A stretch of DNA of 62,023 bases, the filler included, from Deltaproteobacteria bacterium (GTDB taxonomy: Bacteria; Myxococcota; JACRCW01), in assembly GCA_016218805.1 (NCBI GenBank). It is 3 parts of 3 records of this genome, joined end to end, with 100 filler letters (N's around TTAATTAATTAA, not from the genome) between each part and the next. Parts side by side here need not be neighbours in the genome. Positions count along the whole stretch, not along the records: positions 15,693 to 34,082 come from JACRCW010000126.1; positions 34,183 to 62,023 come from JACRCW010000135.1; 1 more part is not named here. The stretch is one strand, 5' to 3'. Positions 28,803 through 37,907 of the stretch are shown one piece after another; the first letter of the stretch is position 1, and each line of letters starts with the position of its first letter. Both the position numbers and the translations under genes were made by a program. Under the pieces are notes generated by a model, which had not been told where the DNA came from, did not search any database, and saw nothing but the letters and a program-made list of their open reading frames with translations.

Positions 28803-31800
28803 TCACGCCGGGGGCGCGATGCCCGCCGCCTCGTCCTCAGGCAGGTGGCACTTTTTGTATTTCTTACCACTGCCGCAGTAACACGGGTCATTGCGGCCAA
28901 TCTTGGGGACCTCACGCCGCACCGGGACCTTGGGCCCCGGCGCCGCGGGGGTGGACGGGCGCCCGCCGCCCACCGCCTGCGCCGCCGCCGCCGCGGGGTC
29001 CGCCGCGCTCTGCTCGGTGGGCTTCTCCGCCTCGGCGTGCTTCTCCAGCAGCTGCTGCCGCTGCCGCGCGGCCATCTCGCGCTGGCGGCGTTCCAGGGCG
29101 GCCACCTCCTCCTCGCCGCTGTCACGCCGGATCTGCACGTGGAACATCATCCGCACAATGTCCGTGCCAATGGCGTTCATCATGGCAATGAACGTGTTGT
29201 ACCCCTCCTTCTTGTACTCCTGCTTGGGGTCCTTCTGGCCGTACCCGCGCAGGTAGATGCCCTCGCGCAGGTGGTCCATGGCAATGAGGTGCTCCTTCCA
29301 ATGCCTGTCAATGGTCTCCAGGAACAACCGCTGCTCCAGGTGCCGGATGATCTCCGGCCCGAACTCGCGCTCGCGTGCGGTGTAGAAGCGCTCGCACTCC
29401 TCATAGATACGCTCCTCCAGCAGCTGCCGCGTGGCCGAGTGCCCCACCAGGTCCACGCTGACGCCAAACACCTCCTTCACGCCCAGCTTGACGCCCTCCA
29501 GTTTCCATTCGCTGGAGGGGGTGTCCGCCGGACAGCTCTCATCCAGGATCCCCAGGATCACGTCCTCAATCCGGTCCAGCACCATCTCGTGGACGTCCTT
29601 GCCGTCCAGCACCTGCCGCCGCATGCCGTACACGGCCTTGCGCTGCAGGTTCATCACGTCGTCGTACTCAATGAGGTTCTTGCGGATGTCAAAGTGGTGA
29701 CCTTCCACTTTCTTCTGCGCATTCTGCACGGAACTGCTCACCATCTTGGCTTCAATGGGCTCGCCGTCCTGCATCCCCAGCCGCTCCATCATGGGGATGA
29801 GCTTGTCCCCGCCAAAGATGCGCATCAGGTCATCCTGCAGTGACAGGTAGAACCGCGAGCTGCCGGGGTCACCCTGGCGGCCCGCGCGGCCGCGCAGCTG
29901 GTTGTCAATGCGGCGTGACTCGTGGCGCTCCGTGCCCAGGATGTGCAGCCCGCCCGCGGCAATGACCTCCTCCTTCTCCTTCTTGCATTGCGAGTCAAAT
30001 CCCGGGAGCACCTCCGAGTATTTCTGCACCGCCTTCCGGTAGAACTCCTGGTGCTTCTGGTAGACCGCCAGCGCTTCCGGCGGCAGGTTGGCCTCCTGGA
30101 ACACCTGCTCGGCGGGCTGCAGGCGCAGCTTGGTGATGATGTCGTAGGACAGGCCCGCCTCCTCGGCGGCCAGGCGGTCCGTGTTGATGAGGTCCGGGCG
30201 CCCGGACAGAAACCCAAAGTGCGCCACCTCGTGGATGCCCAGGTCCGTCTGCACGCGCCCGTCCTCCGCCGCCAGGCGGGCCTCCTCCTCGTTGAACAGG
30301 CGGGCCACCTCGGCGCGCGCCATGTACTCCGCGTTGCCGCCCAGCAGGATGTCCGTGCCGCGGCCGGCCATGTTGGTGGAGATGGTGATGCGGCCCTTGC
30401 GGCCGGCCTGGGCAATGATCTCGGCCTCGCGGCGGTGCTGCTTGGCGTTGAGCACCTCGTGCGGGATGCCCTTCTTCTTGAGCAGCCGCGCCACCACTTC
30501 GCTCTTCTCCACGCTGGTGGTGCCCACCAGGACGGGCTGGGACCGCGCGTAGCAGTCCTCCAGCTCCTTGGTGCACGCGTCAAACTTCTCCTTCTCCGTC
30601 TTGTAGACCAGGTCCTCCCCGTCGGACCGCGCAATCTTGCGGTTGGTGGGGATGACCACCACGTCCAGGTTGTAGATCTTCGCGAACTCTTCCGCCTCGG
30701 TGTCCGCGGTGCCGGTCATGCCGCACATCTTCCCGTACATGCGGAAGAAGTTCTGGAAGGTCACCGTGGCCAGGGTCACCGTCTCATTCTCAATGGTGAC
30801 GCCCTCCTTGGCCTCAATGGCCTGGTGCAGCCCGTCACTCCAGCGGCGGCCCTCCATGATGCGGCCGGTGTGCTCGTCAACGATCTTCACCTCGCCGCCG
30901 TCCACCACGTAGTCCACGTCCCGCTTGTACAGGCTGTGCGCGCGCAGGGCCTGCTGGACGTGGTGCAGGATCTCAATGTTCCGCGGGTCATACAGGTTGT
31001 CCACGGACATCAGCTTCTCGGTGCGTTCCACGCCGTCCTCGGTGAGCACCGCGGACTTGCTCTTCTCGTCAATGGTGTAGTGCTCGTCCTTCTTGAGGCG
31101 CGGGATGATGGTGTTCACCGTGCGGTACAGGTCGGTGGACTGCTCGGCCTGGCCGCTGATGATGAGCGGGGTGCGCGCCTCGTCAATGAGAATGGAGTCC
31201 ACCTCGTCCACAATGGCAAAGTGGTGCCCGCGCTGGGTGTAGTCCTTGAGCCCGTACTTCATGTTGTCGCGCAGGTAGTCAAACCCGTACTCGTTGTTCT
31301 GGCCGTACGTGATGTCGCTGCCGTACGCCTGCTGGCGCTGCCGGTCCGTGAGGCCGTGGATGATGACGCCCACCTGCAGGCCCAAAAAGCGGTAGATGCG
31401 GCCCATCCACTCCGCGTCGCGCGTGGCCAGGTAGTCATTCACCGTGACCACGTGCACGCCGCGCCCGGCCATGGCGTTGAGCACCGCCGGCAGCGTGGCA
31501 ACGAGCGTCTTGCCCTCGCCGGTCTTCATCTCGGAGATCTTGCCCTCATGCAGCACCATGCCGCCAATGAGCTGTACGTCGTAGTGGCGCATGCCCAGCA
31601 CGCGGCGCGCGGCCTCGCGGGTCAGCGCAAAGCTGTCATGCAACACGCCATCCAGCGCCTTGTCGAAGTCCGCGCGCTTGAGGTCATCCGGCTTCTTGCC
31701 GCTGGCCTGCAGGGCGTTCTGGACCTTTTCCCTGAGCTCACCGGTGCGCGCGGACAGCTGCGCGTCCGTCATGGCCTTGTAGCGTTCCTCCAGCGCGTTG

Positions 31801-31877
31801 ATCGCCACCACGCGCGGCTGGAGGCGCCTCAGTTCGCGCTCGTTCTTGGTGCCAAAGACCGCACTCAGGATACCCAT
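28803..31877 (-). CDS. secA: preprotein translocase ATPase SecA
   Basis: [57 protein letters not shown] motif [18 protein letters not shown]. Confidence 0.99.
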   Translation of the reverse strand: MGILSAVFGTKNERELRRLQPRVVAINALEERYKAMTDAQLSARTGELREKVQNALQASGKKPDDLKRADFDKALDGVLHDSFALTREAARRVLGMRHYDVQLIGGMVLHEGKISEMKTGEGKTLVATLPAVLNAMAGRGVHVVTVNDYLATRDAEWMGRIYRFLGLQVGVIIHGLTDRQRQQAYGSDITYGQNNEYGFDYLRDNMKYGLKDYTQRGHHFAIVDEVDSILIDEARTPLIISGQAEQSTDLYRTVNTIIPRLKKDEHYTIDEKSKSAVLTEDGVERTEKLMSVDNLYDPRNIEILHHVQQALRAHSLYKRDVDYVVDGGEVKIVDEHTGRIMEGRRWSDGLHQAIEAKEGVTIENETVTLATVTFQNFFRMYGKMCGMTGTADTEAEEFAKIYNLDVVVIPTNRKIARSDGEDLVYKTEKEKFDACTKELEDCYARSQPVLVGTTSVEKSEVVARLLKKKGIPHEVLNAKQHRREAEIIAQAGRKGRITISTNMAGRGTDILLGGNAEYMARAEVARLFNEEEARLAAEDGRVQTDLGIHEVAHFGFLSGRPDLINTDRLAAEEAGLSYDIITKLRLQPAEQVFQEANLPPEALAVYQKHQEFYRKAVQKYSEVLPGFDSQCKKEKEEVIAAGGLHILGTERHESRRIDNQLRGRAGRQGDPGSSRFYLSLQDDLMRIFGGDKLIPMMERLGMQDGEPIEAKMVSSSVQNAQKKVEGHHFDIRKNLIEYDDVMNLQRKAVYGMRRQVLDGKDVHEMVLDRIEDVILGILDESCPADTPSSEWKLEGVKLGVKEVFGVSVDLVGHSATRQLLEERIYEECERFYTAREREFGPEIIRHLEQRLFLETIDRHWKEHLIAMDHLREGIYLRGYGQKDPKQEYKKEGYNTFIAMMNAIGTDIVRMMFHVQIRRDSGEEEVAALERRQREMAARQRQQLLEKHAEAEKPTEQSAADPAAAAAQAVGGGRPSTPAAPGPKVPVRREVPKIGRNDPCYCGSGKKYKKCHLPEDEAAGIAPPA

Positions 31878-31903
31878 GTGATTCCACCCGATTAAGACGC
31901 CAA

Positions 31904-31925
31904 GGCCCCGGGAACTTCCGGGGCC
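31904..31925. promoter_or_regulatory. hairpin just upstream of the secA start
   Basis: GGCCCCGG-gaactt-CCGGGGCC. Confidence 0.35.
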
Positions 31926-32056
31926 CGTCCACCACCACCCGCTCCGGACCGACGAGACCGGCGGGTTGGGCGCCCCATATAGTCATCCCGCGCGGGGTTG
32001 ACCATGCCCGGGTGCGCTTTCCCCCCTGGGGGAAATTCCTTCGCCGTTACCGGAAG

Positions 32057-32518
32057 CTACGCGCCCAGGTGCGGGGCGTCGCGCTCGCACAGGCGGGCGG
32101 CGGTGCGGAAGCTCCGCGGGAAGGTGGCGCGCATGTACGCCAGGTAGAACGGGCGCGTGAGGCGACCCGCCGCGCCGCGCGGCCGCACGTCAAACTCAAT
32201 GTGCACGTGCGTGCGGCCGTCCTTTTCGGTGAGCGTGAAGCGGTCCACCTGCGCGAGCGCCAACGGCAGCGCCACGTCGATGTGAAACCGTCCCTCGTCC
32301 TGCAGGTGCACGGTCTCCGGGATGAGCAGTTCCACGCCCAGCGGCATGCGCCACCAGGTGTGGAGGTCAATCCGGGGGCCCTCGCGTTTGAGCACGCGGA
32401 TGCGGTGCGGTTGTTCGCGGGGGTCGGTGGCGTCGTACGCGTCCGGGAAACCGGTCCACCAGCGGTGCACTTCCGCGCGCGGGCGCGCCACCTCCACGTC
32501 CACCACAAAGTCCGCCAT
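32057..32518 (-). CDS. SRPBCC/START-like protein
   Basis: VDVEVARPRAEVHRWWT..FTLTEKDGRTHVHIEFDV..C-terminal helix; 2 bp downstream of the glycosyltransferase. Confidence 0.7.
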   Translation of the reverse strand: MADFVVDVEVARPRAEVHRWWTGFPDAYDATDPREQPHRIRVLKREGPRIDLHTWWRMPLGVELLIPETVHLQDEGRFHIDVALPLALAQVDRFTLTEKDGRTHVHIEFDVRPRGAAGRLTRPFYLAYMRATFPRSFRTAARLCERDAPHLGA

Positions 32519-32520
32519 GT

Positions 32521-33795
32521 TCAGTGCTTCTCCAGCGCGCCCAGGCGTTCCACCGCGCGTGCCACGCCGTCTTCGGCGCGCATTGCCTCGCCCACGGCCC
32601 GGGCGCGGGTGCGCATGCCCGCGTCCTGTACCGCTTCACGGATGCGCGCGGCCAGCGTATCCGCGCGAATCTTCCGCCGTGGCACCGCGGCAGGCGCCAC
32701 GCCGCGCTTCCTGAGCGCGGTGGCCCAGAAGAACTGGTCCGCAATGTACGGGACCAGCACGGACGGCACGCCGGCCACGCACGCCGCCTGCGTGGTGCCC
32801 GCGCCGCCGTGGTGAACCACCGCCGCGCAACCGGGAAACACCCGCGCATGGTCCGCGCGGGTCACCTTGAACACGTCCGCCGGCACGTCCATGGCGGGCA
32901 ACGTGTCCCACGGCGCCTGCAGGATGGCGCGCGCGCCGCTGCGGGACGCGGCGTCCAGCAGGAAGCGCGTGGCCACCGCGGGCTCCTCGTCACCCACCAG
33001 CATCATGCTGCCCAGCGTCAGGTAGACCGGCGGCGGGCCCGCGCTGATGAACGCGTCCAACCCGTCTGGCAGCGGCTCCGGGTGCAGCGCGGCGGGCGCG
33101 TTGAGGAAGCCGCACACGTCCACCTCCGGCGGCCAGTCCGCCGGCCGCGGCACCAGCGTGGGGGACACGGTCACCAGGATCACCGGCATCGGCGTGGCGT
33201 GGTCATCGTAGACGTTGGTCAGCAGGGGCACGCCTTCGCGGCGGCGCAGCGCGTTGATGGGCCCGGTGAACAGGCGGTTGGCCAGCTTGGCGGACGCCCA
33301 CCAGCCCACGCCGTTGAGGAAACCCAGGTCCGGCATGCCCAGCGGTGGGAACGCGCGCGTAGGGAGCACCGGCGCGGTGAACACCGGGACCACCGGCCGC
33401 TGCACCTTGGCCGCCGCGGTGATGGCGGGATGCACCAGGAAGTGCGCCACCACCACGTCGTTGTCGCGGACCAGGCGCACGGACTCGGCCCAGAGTTCCT
33501 CCACCATGGGCTCCAGCAACTGCTCGCTGACCACCTGCACCTGCTTGATGGGGTCCGCCTTGAGCACGGCCTCACGCAATGCCCGCTCAGCGCCTGTACG
33601 CGCGCGCGCCACGTGTGCCTCACCCAGCGCCGTCACGCGGCAACCCATGCCGGCCACCGCGGCCCGCCAGTCGCGCCCCTCCACGGACGTGTACACAAAA
33701 TCCACGGCGTGGCCCGCGCGTACCAGCCCGCCGGCCAGCGCCATGAACGGCCGGACGTCCCCCTCTGAGCCCCACGTGATGACGCCAATCTTCAA
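32521..33795 (-). CDS. GT1 glycosyltransferase (sterol/lipid glucosyltransferase-like)
   Basis: KIGVITWGSEGDVRP, VYLTLGSM, VVHHGGAGTT, PYIADQFFW; TTG start inferred. Confidence 0.9.
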   Translation of the reverse strand: MKIGVITWGSEGDVRPFMALAGGLVRAGHAVDFVYTSVEGRDWRAAVAGMGCRVTALGEAHVARARTGAERALREAVLKADPIKQVQVVSEQLLEPMVEELWAESVRLVRDNDVVVAHFLVHPAITAAAKVQRPVVPVFTAPVLPTRAFPPLGMPDLGFLNGVGWWASAKLANRLFTGPINALRRREGVPLLTNVYDDHATPMPVILVTVSPTLVPRPADWPPEVDVCGFLNAPAALHPEPLPDGLDAFISAGPPPVYLTLGSMMLVGDEEPAVATRFLLDAASRSGARAILQAPWDTLPAMDVPADVFKVTRADHARVFPGCAAVVHHGGAGTTQAACVAGVPSVLVPYIADQFFWATALRKRGVAPAAVPRRKIRADTLAARIREAVQDAGMRTRARAVGEAMRAEDGVARAVERLGALEKH

Positions 33796-33941
33796 GGCAG
33801 GTACTCCCAGCCGCCCAGAGCCACACTCCCCGCCACCGCCACCTTCACGCTGTGCATGCCGGCCTCCCGTGTGCGGACGCTGGCGCAGTCCTGCCGCTGA
33901 CACAACGGGCCCGTCCTCATGGAGGGACGGCGCGGGCAGCG

Positions 33942-34082
33942 CCCGGGGGCCGCCACGCACTACCCGGGGGCCTCCCGGCACCACCCGGGGCGCCCGGACA
34001 ATCACCCGGGAGACGGTCTGCAGCCTGTGGTGAACCTCCCGGAGAACGCCGCGCGGCTCCCGGGTAGTGCCGGGAGGCTCCC
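33942..34082. repeat. imperfect 21-bp tandem repeats plus an inverted copy, at the contig end
   Basis: CCCGGG-starting units at 33942, 33963, 33984 and 34005; 34059-34082 is the reverse complement of 33966-33989 (22/24). Confidence 0.7.
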
Positions 34083-34182
34083 NNNNNNNNNNNNNNNNNN
34101 NNNNNNNNNNNNNNNNNNNNNNNNNNTTAATTAATTAANNNNNNNNNNNNNNNNNNNNNNNNNNNNNNNNNNNNNNNNNNNN
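34083..34182. other. artificial contig linker
   Basis: N-run with TTAATTAATTAA. Confidence 0.99.
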
Positions 34183-34431
34183 GCTGTGCCGGTGCATGGC
34201 GACGTCACGGGTGTCCCGCTGGCGTCCCGGCCGGGGGCGGCCGGGCCACACCGCGCTGGCGTGCTACCTGGCCGCAGCGGCGTTGTCGATCCCAGCGTCT
34301 ACAACCATCTCGCATCACACCCGCGGAGCCACCGCCAGATCCAATCCAGCCCCTAGCCGGGCACGCCACCCCAACCGAATCGCCGTGGCCCACCCCTTTG
34401 CGCCCGGCTCCGCTGTGCCGAAGGCCCCACC

Positions 34432-35346
34432 ATGACCACCCACACCCGCCTGCCCACGCACCGCAAGCCAACGCGGACCTTCTCCGCGGCAACCCCGGCG
34501 GACCTGCCTGACGACGTTGACCTGGCGGAGCGGCTGGCAACCCTGCTGACAACTGAGGGCATGCAACTCCCACCGCTGGGGGGCACCGCGGCCCGGATGC
34601 ACCGCCTGGCGTTGGACCCGCGCTCCACGCTGGACCAAGTGCTGCAGCTCATCCAGCACGAGCCCTCCCTGGCCTTGCGTGTCATGCGCCTGGCGAACTC
34701 CGCCGCTATGTCCCCCGCACACCCCGCCAAGGACCTGCGCGCCGCGCTGTTGCGGGTGGGGATCCTGGGGGCGCGGGACATGGCGTTCGCGCTCAGCCTG
34801 GGCGCCGTGGTCCACGCCGCGGCGCTGCGGGAGGACCTCGCCGGCGTGTACCGTCACTCCTACATGGTGGCCAGCGGTTCCCATTGGGCTTGCCGCGCCG
34901 TGGGATTGGACAGCGCGCAGGGCTTCCTGTGCGGCCTGATGCATGACATTGGCGCGCTGGGCATTTTGGTGGCGCTGGCCCCGCACGTACAGAAGGACGC
35001 CACCCTGGCCAACCGGGCCGCCATCCGTCTCCTGGTGGACCGGGAGCACCAACAGGTGGGCGAAGACCTCCTCACCACCTGGCACCTCCCGTCCCTGGTG
35101 GTCGCCGTGGCGCGCTGGCACCACCGCCCGGAGCATGCCGGCGCCGCCGAGCCGCTGGTGCGCCTCATCGCCGCCGTGGACAAGGCAGCGGAGGCCATGG
35201 CGGCCAACCCGCAGGATGGTGTGGCGCCCTTGATGGAGCTGCCCGAGCTGTTTGTGGCCGGGCTCAGTCCACCGCAGGTCCGCGCGCTGGGGGTGGTGCT
35301 GGATGAAGCGGCCAAGGACAGCACGGCGGATGCGCTGGTTGCCTGA
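34432..35346 (+). CDS. HDOD domain protein
   Basis: LPPL, EPSLALRVMRLANS, GFLCGLMHDIG, HQQVG..WHLP..WHHRP. Confidence 0.92.
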   Translation: MTTHTRLPTHRKPTRTFSAATPADLPDDVDLAERLATLLTTEGMQLPPLGGTAARMHRLALDPRSTLDQVLQLIQHEPSLALRVMRLANSAAMSPAHPAKDLRAALLRVGILGARDMAFALSLGAVVHAAALREDLAGVYRHSYMVASGSHWACRAVGLDSAQGFLCGLMHDIGALGILVALAPHVQKDATLANRAAIRLLVDREHQQVGEDLLTTWHLPSLVVAVARWHHRPEHAGAAEPLVRLIAAVDKAAEAMAANPQDGVAPLMELPELFVAGLSPPQVRALGVVLDEAAKDSTADALVA

Positions 35347-35355
35347 CTGGCGCAC

Positions 35356-35672
35356 CCATGCGCGGGTCCGGACTTTTGCTGGATAGCCAGACTTTCTCTT
35401 CAGCGTCCGGCAGCAGGTAGCCCGCCCACCTCCGGCGGGGTGGACCCGGCGCGGCCTGAGCGCCCCAGGCCGATGAACGGCGCCAATGCCCGCATCCGCT
35501 GTGGCTTGCGTGAGCAGGTGCGCGTTCAACGGAATCCACATGCCCGCACACACCGCCGCGACGCCAGCACGTGTTTCACGTGACGCGAGCTGGCATGTTC
35601 TCATTGTCCGGACGAGCCGGATCCGCTGCAGCGCTGACTTGGGCGCCCCTATCCGCCGTGCCGTGACGTGCC
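35356..35672 (-). pseudogene. deletion-collapsed remnant of the TetR gene and its upstream gene (51140-52814)
   Basis: CTTTCTCTTCAGCGTCCGG.AGCAGGTAGCCC, CCAGGCCGATGAACGGCGCCA and TTGCGTGAGCAGGTGCGC are shared with 51176-51433 in the same order, with internal deletions. Confidence 0.9.
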
Positions 35673-35701
35673 GACTCCCTCAACGGGGGTCCGGGAGCTC
35701 C

Positions 35702-37447
35702 ATGCCGAATCCGATGCGGATGTTCGAGCGCGTTCTGTTGTCGCAGGTCATCTGCCTCACGGCGGTGACCGTGGCGCTGTTCGTGTGGCTGCAGACTTCC
35801 CACGGCACCTCCCGCGCCGCGCGCGCCGAGGCCATAGCGGGGCTCAAGCGCCTGGACGGCCAGCTTCACCGGGCCTTGCCGCAATCCATGACATACGCGG
35901 CCCACCGCAGGTCCCAGGACCGGGCCGCGGCGGAGGAGACGCTGCGCGCCGCCGTTGAGGAGGCGGGCCGGCTGCGCGCGCTGCTGCCAAGGCTTGAGCG
36001 GACCCTGGAGGCGCTGTCCGCACGCGCCGCGTCCATTGGGCGGTTGTTTCCTACGCTGGAGGAAGACGGCGCTGGGCCAGCGACCATGGCCGCGCTGGAG
36101 AAGGAGTTTGCCTGGGTGTTGGACGAAACGGCGCGACTGGAGGAGACGGCCATGGCCGCCGCGGAGGATCTGCAGGCCTGGCATATCCAGGTCATGTCGG
36201 CGGCTTGGATTGGTGCGCTGCTGCTGTTCCTCGTGCTCGCCGTTGTGGCGCGTTACCAGTACCAGGCGGCCACGCGGCGGGAGACCCAAACGTGGAGCGA
36301 GTTCCTGCACCGCGCTGCCGCCGCGGTGGAAGAGGGCGGCGGGGTCCAGCAGACGGCAGCGGACCCTCCGCTGCCCGCCGCCGGCACGCTGGTTCTGGCC
36401 ATCTCCCGCGCGCAGGCCGCGCGCGTGGCGCTGGGCGCGGACCTGCACCGCGAGCAGACGCGCGGCGCCGTCCTGTTCAACCTCACCCGCCGCCTGGACC
36501 TCGCGGAATCCGAGAACGACGTATGCGACGCGGTGTTGACCGCGTCCCGCGTGCTGCTCCCCCAACACGAACCGCTCTTGATGATGGCGGACAACTCACG
36601 CGCCAGCCTGGAGGTGGCGGCCGGAACCGCCCAGCGGTTGTGCGAAGCCTGCTCCCCGCTGGCCTGCCCCGCCGTGCGCTGGGGGCAGGCGTATGTCTCC
36701 GCGCCTGGCAGCGGAATGGACCGTTGCCCGCGGCTGTGCGTGGACCATCCGGCCGTGGTGACCTGCGTGGCACTGTCGGCGCGTGGCAACTCGCTGGGTG
36801 TGGTGCAGCTGGCCGGCCCCGCGCTGGAACACCGCCAGGCGGAGCTGTTGACCACCGCGGTGGTGCTCATTGGCGCGCGCTTGGGCGTGGTCCGCGCCAT
36901 GGAAGAGCGCGAAGTGCAGGCGACCACTGATGTTCTCACCGGACTTGCCAACCGCCGGGCCATGAATGACGCGCTACGCCGGCTGGCGGCGGCGGGAACG
37001 CGCTTTGCCGTGGTGGCCGCGGATCTGGACCACTTCAAACGCCTGAACGACACCTATGGCCACGAAGTGGGCGACCAGTGTCTCAAGGCGTTTGCGGGTG
37101 TGCTCCGCGAGGCCTGCCGCACCCATGATCTCCCGTGCCGGCCGGGCGGCGAGGAGTTCACGCTGGTCCTCCCCGGTTCGGACATGGCGGGCGGGCAGGC
37201 CGTCGCGGAGCGCATCCAACGTCTGCTCGCCGCCGCCTGCGAGCGCAGGGGAATGGCATTCACCACATCCCTGGGCGTTGCTGCGTGCGCGGGAGAAGGC
37301 GAGCAGGCTGCCGACGTCCTGCGACGGGCTGATGCGGCGCTGTACGCAGCCAAGGCCGCCGGACGGGATCGAATCGTTGTGGACGGAACGCCCGCGCCCG
37401 GCAACGGGCACGATCCCGCCGCCGGAGTCGTGTGCGCCAGCACGTGA
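35702..37447 (+). CDS. membrane diguanylate cyclase (2 TM, Cys-containing GAF-like, GGDEF)
   Basis: TDVLTGLANRR, DLDHFKRLNDTYGHEVGD, RTHD I-site, GGEEF, RADAALYAAKAAGRD. Confidence 0.93.
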   Translation: MPNPMRMFERVLLSQVICLTAVTVALFVWLQTSHGTSRAARAEAIAGLKRLDGQLHRALPQSMTYAAHRRSQDRAAAEETLRAAVEEAGRLRALLPRLERTLEALSARAASIGRLFPTLEEDGAGPATMAALEKEFAWVLDETARLEETAMAAAEDLQAWHIQVMSAAWIGALLLFLVLAVVARYQYQAATRRETQTWSEFLHRAAAAVEEGGGVQQTAADPPLPAAGTLVLAISRAQAARVALGADLHREQTRGAVLFNLTRRLDLAESENDVCDAVLTASRVLLPQHEPLLMMADNSRASLEVAAGTAQRLCEACSPLACPAVRWGQAYVSAPGSGMDRCPRLCVDHPAVVTCVALSARGNSLGVVQLAGPALEHRQAELLTTAVVLIGARLGVVRAMEEREVQATTDVLTGLANRRAMNDALRRLAAAGTRFAVVAADLDHFKRLNDTYGHEVGDQCLKAFAGVLREACRTHDLPCRPGGEEFTLVLPGSDMAGGQAVAERIQRLLAAACERRGMAFTTSLGVAACAGEGEQAADVLRRADAALYAAKAAGRDRIVVDGTPAPGNGHDPAAGVVCAST

Positions 37448-37513
37448 GGGCGCGCCCAATCCAGACGCAGGTGAATGCACAGCCGCGCTTCCGCTCCTAG
37501 GTGCCCCGGGGAT

Positions 37514-37862
37514 CCTGTCCTCGCATAAAGGAGACAGCCATCAAGACCCGCCGAGCTGTCGGTGCTCCGGGCGCGTTGGGACCGGGGTCCGCCCCGGCCT
37601 TGAGTCCGTCGCCATCCAACCGGCCGGAGGCCAGAACTCCAAACGCGTGGTGGGCAACATCGGTCCGGACATCTGACGGGGAGGCGGTCAGACGGAAGGG
37701 GGGGGCGGCGCCTGGCGGGGAGGCCACGCAGGAGCGCGGGTTGCGCGTGCGCGGCGCCGCTGCCAAATGAAATGACCGCGGGTGAAGAATCAGGAGTCGT
37801 GTACCCCTCCCGCACCCGCCTCGGTGACAAGGGGAAAGGTGACCACAACCATCCGTGATCAC
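37514..37862. repeat. eroded collinear remnant of 52825-53950
   Basis: TCCTCGCA..TCAA..CCCGC..GTCGG..CGGGCGCG (vs 52831-52887); GGTGAAGA..TCAG (vs 53530); ACCCGCC..GTGACCA..TCCG.GAT (vs 53900-53947). Confidence 0.55.
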
Positions 37863-37907
37863 ACACGCAACGGGCCCGCAACGGGTGTGGGTTGCCCGCG
37901 CCGGGAA

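Noticed and set aside
33942..34025. Possible CRISPR array
   Set aside because: The 21-bp period has only about 6 conserved bases, there is no repeat-spacer structure, and no cas genes are present.
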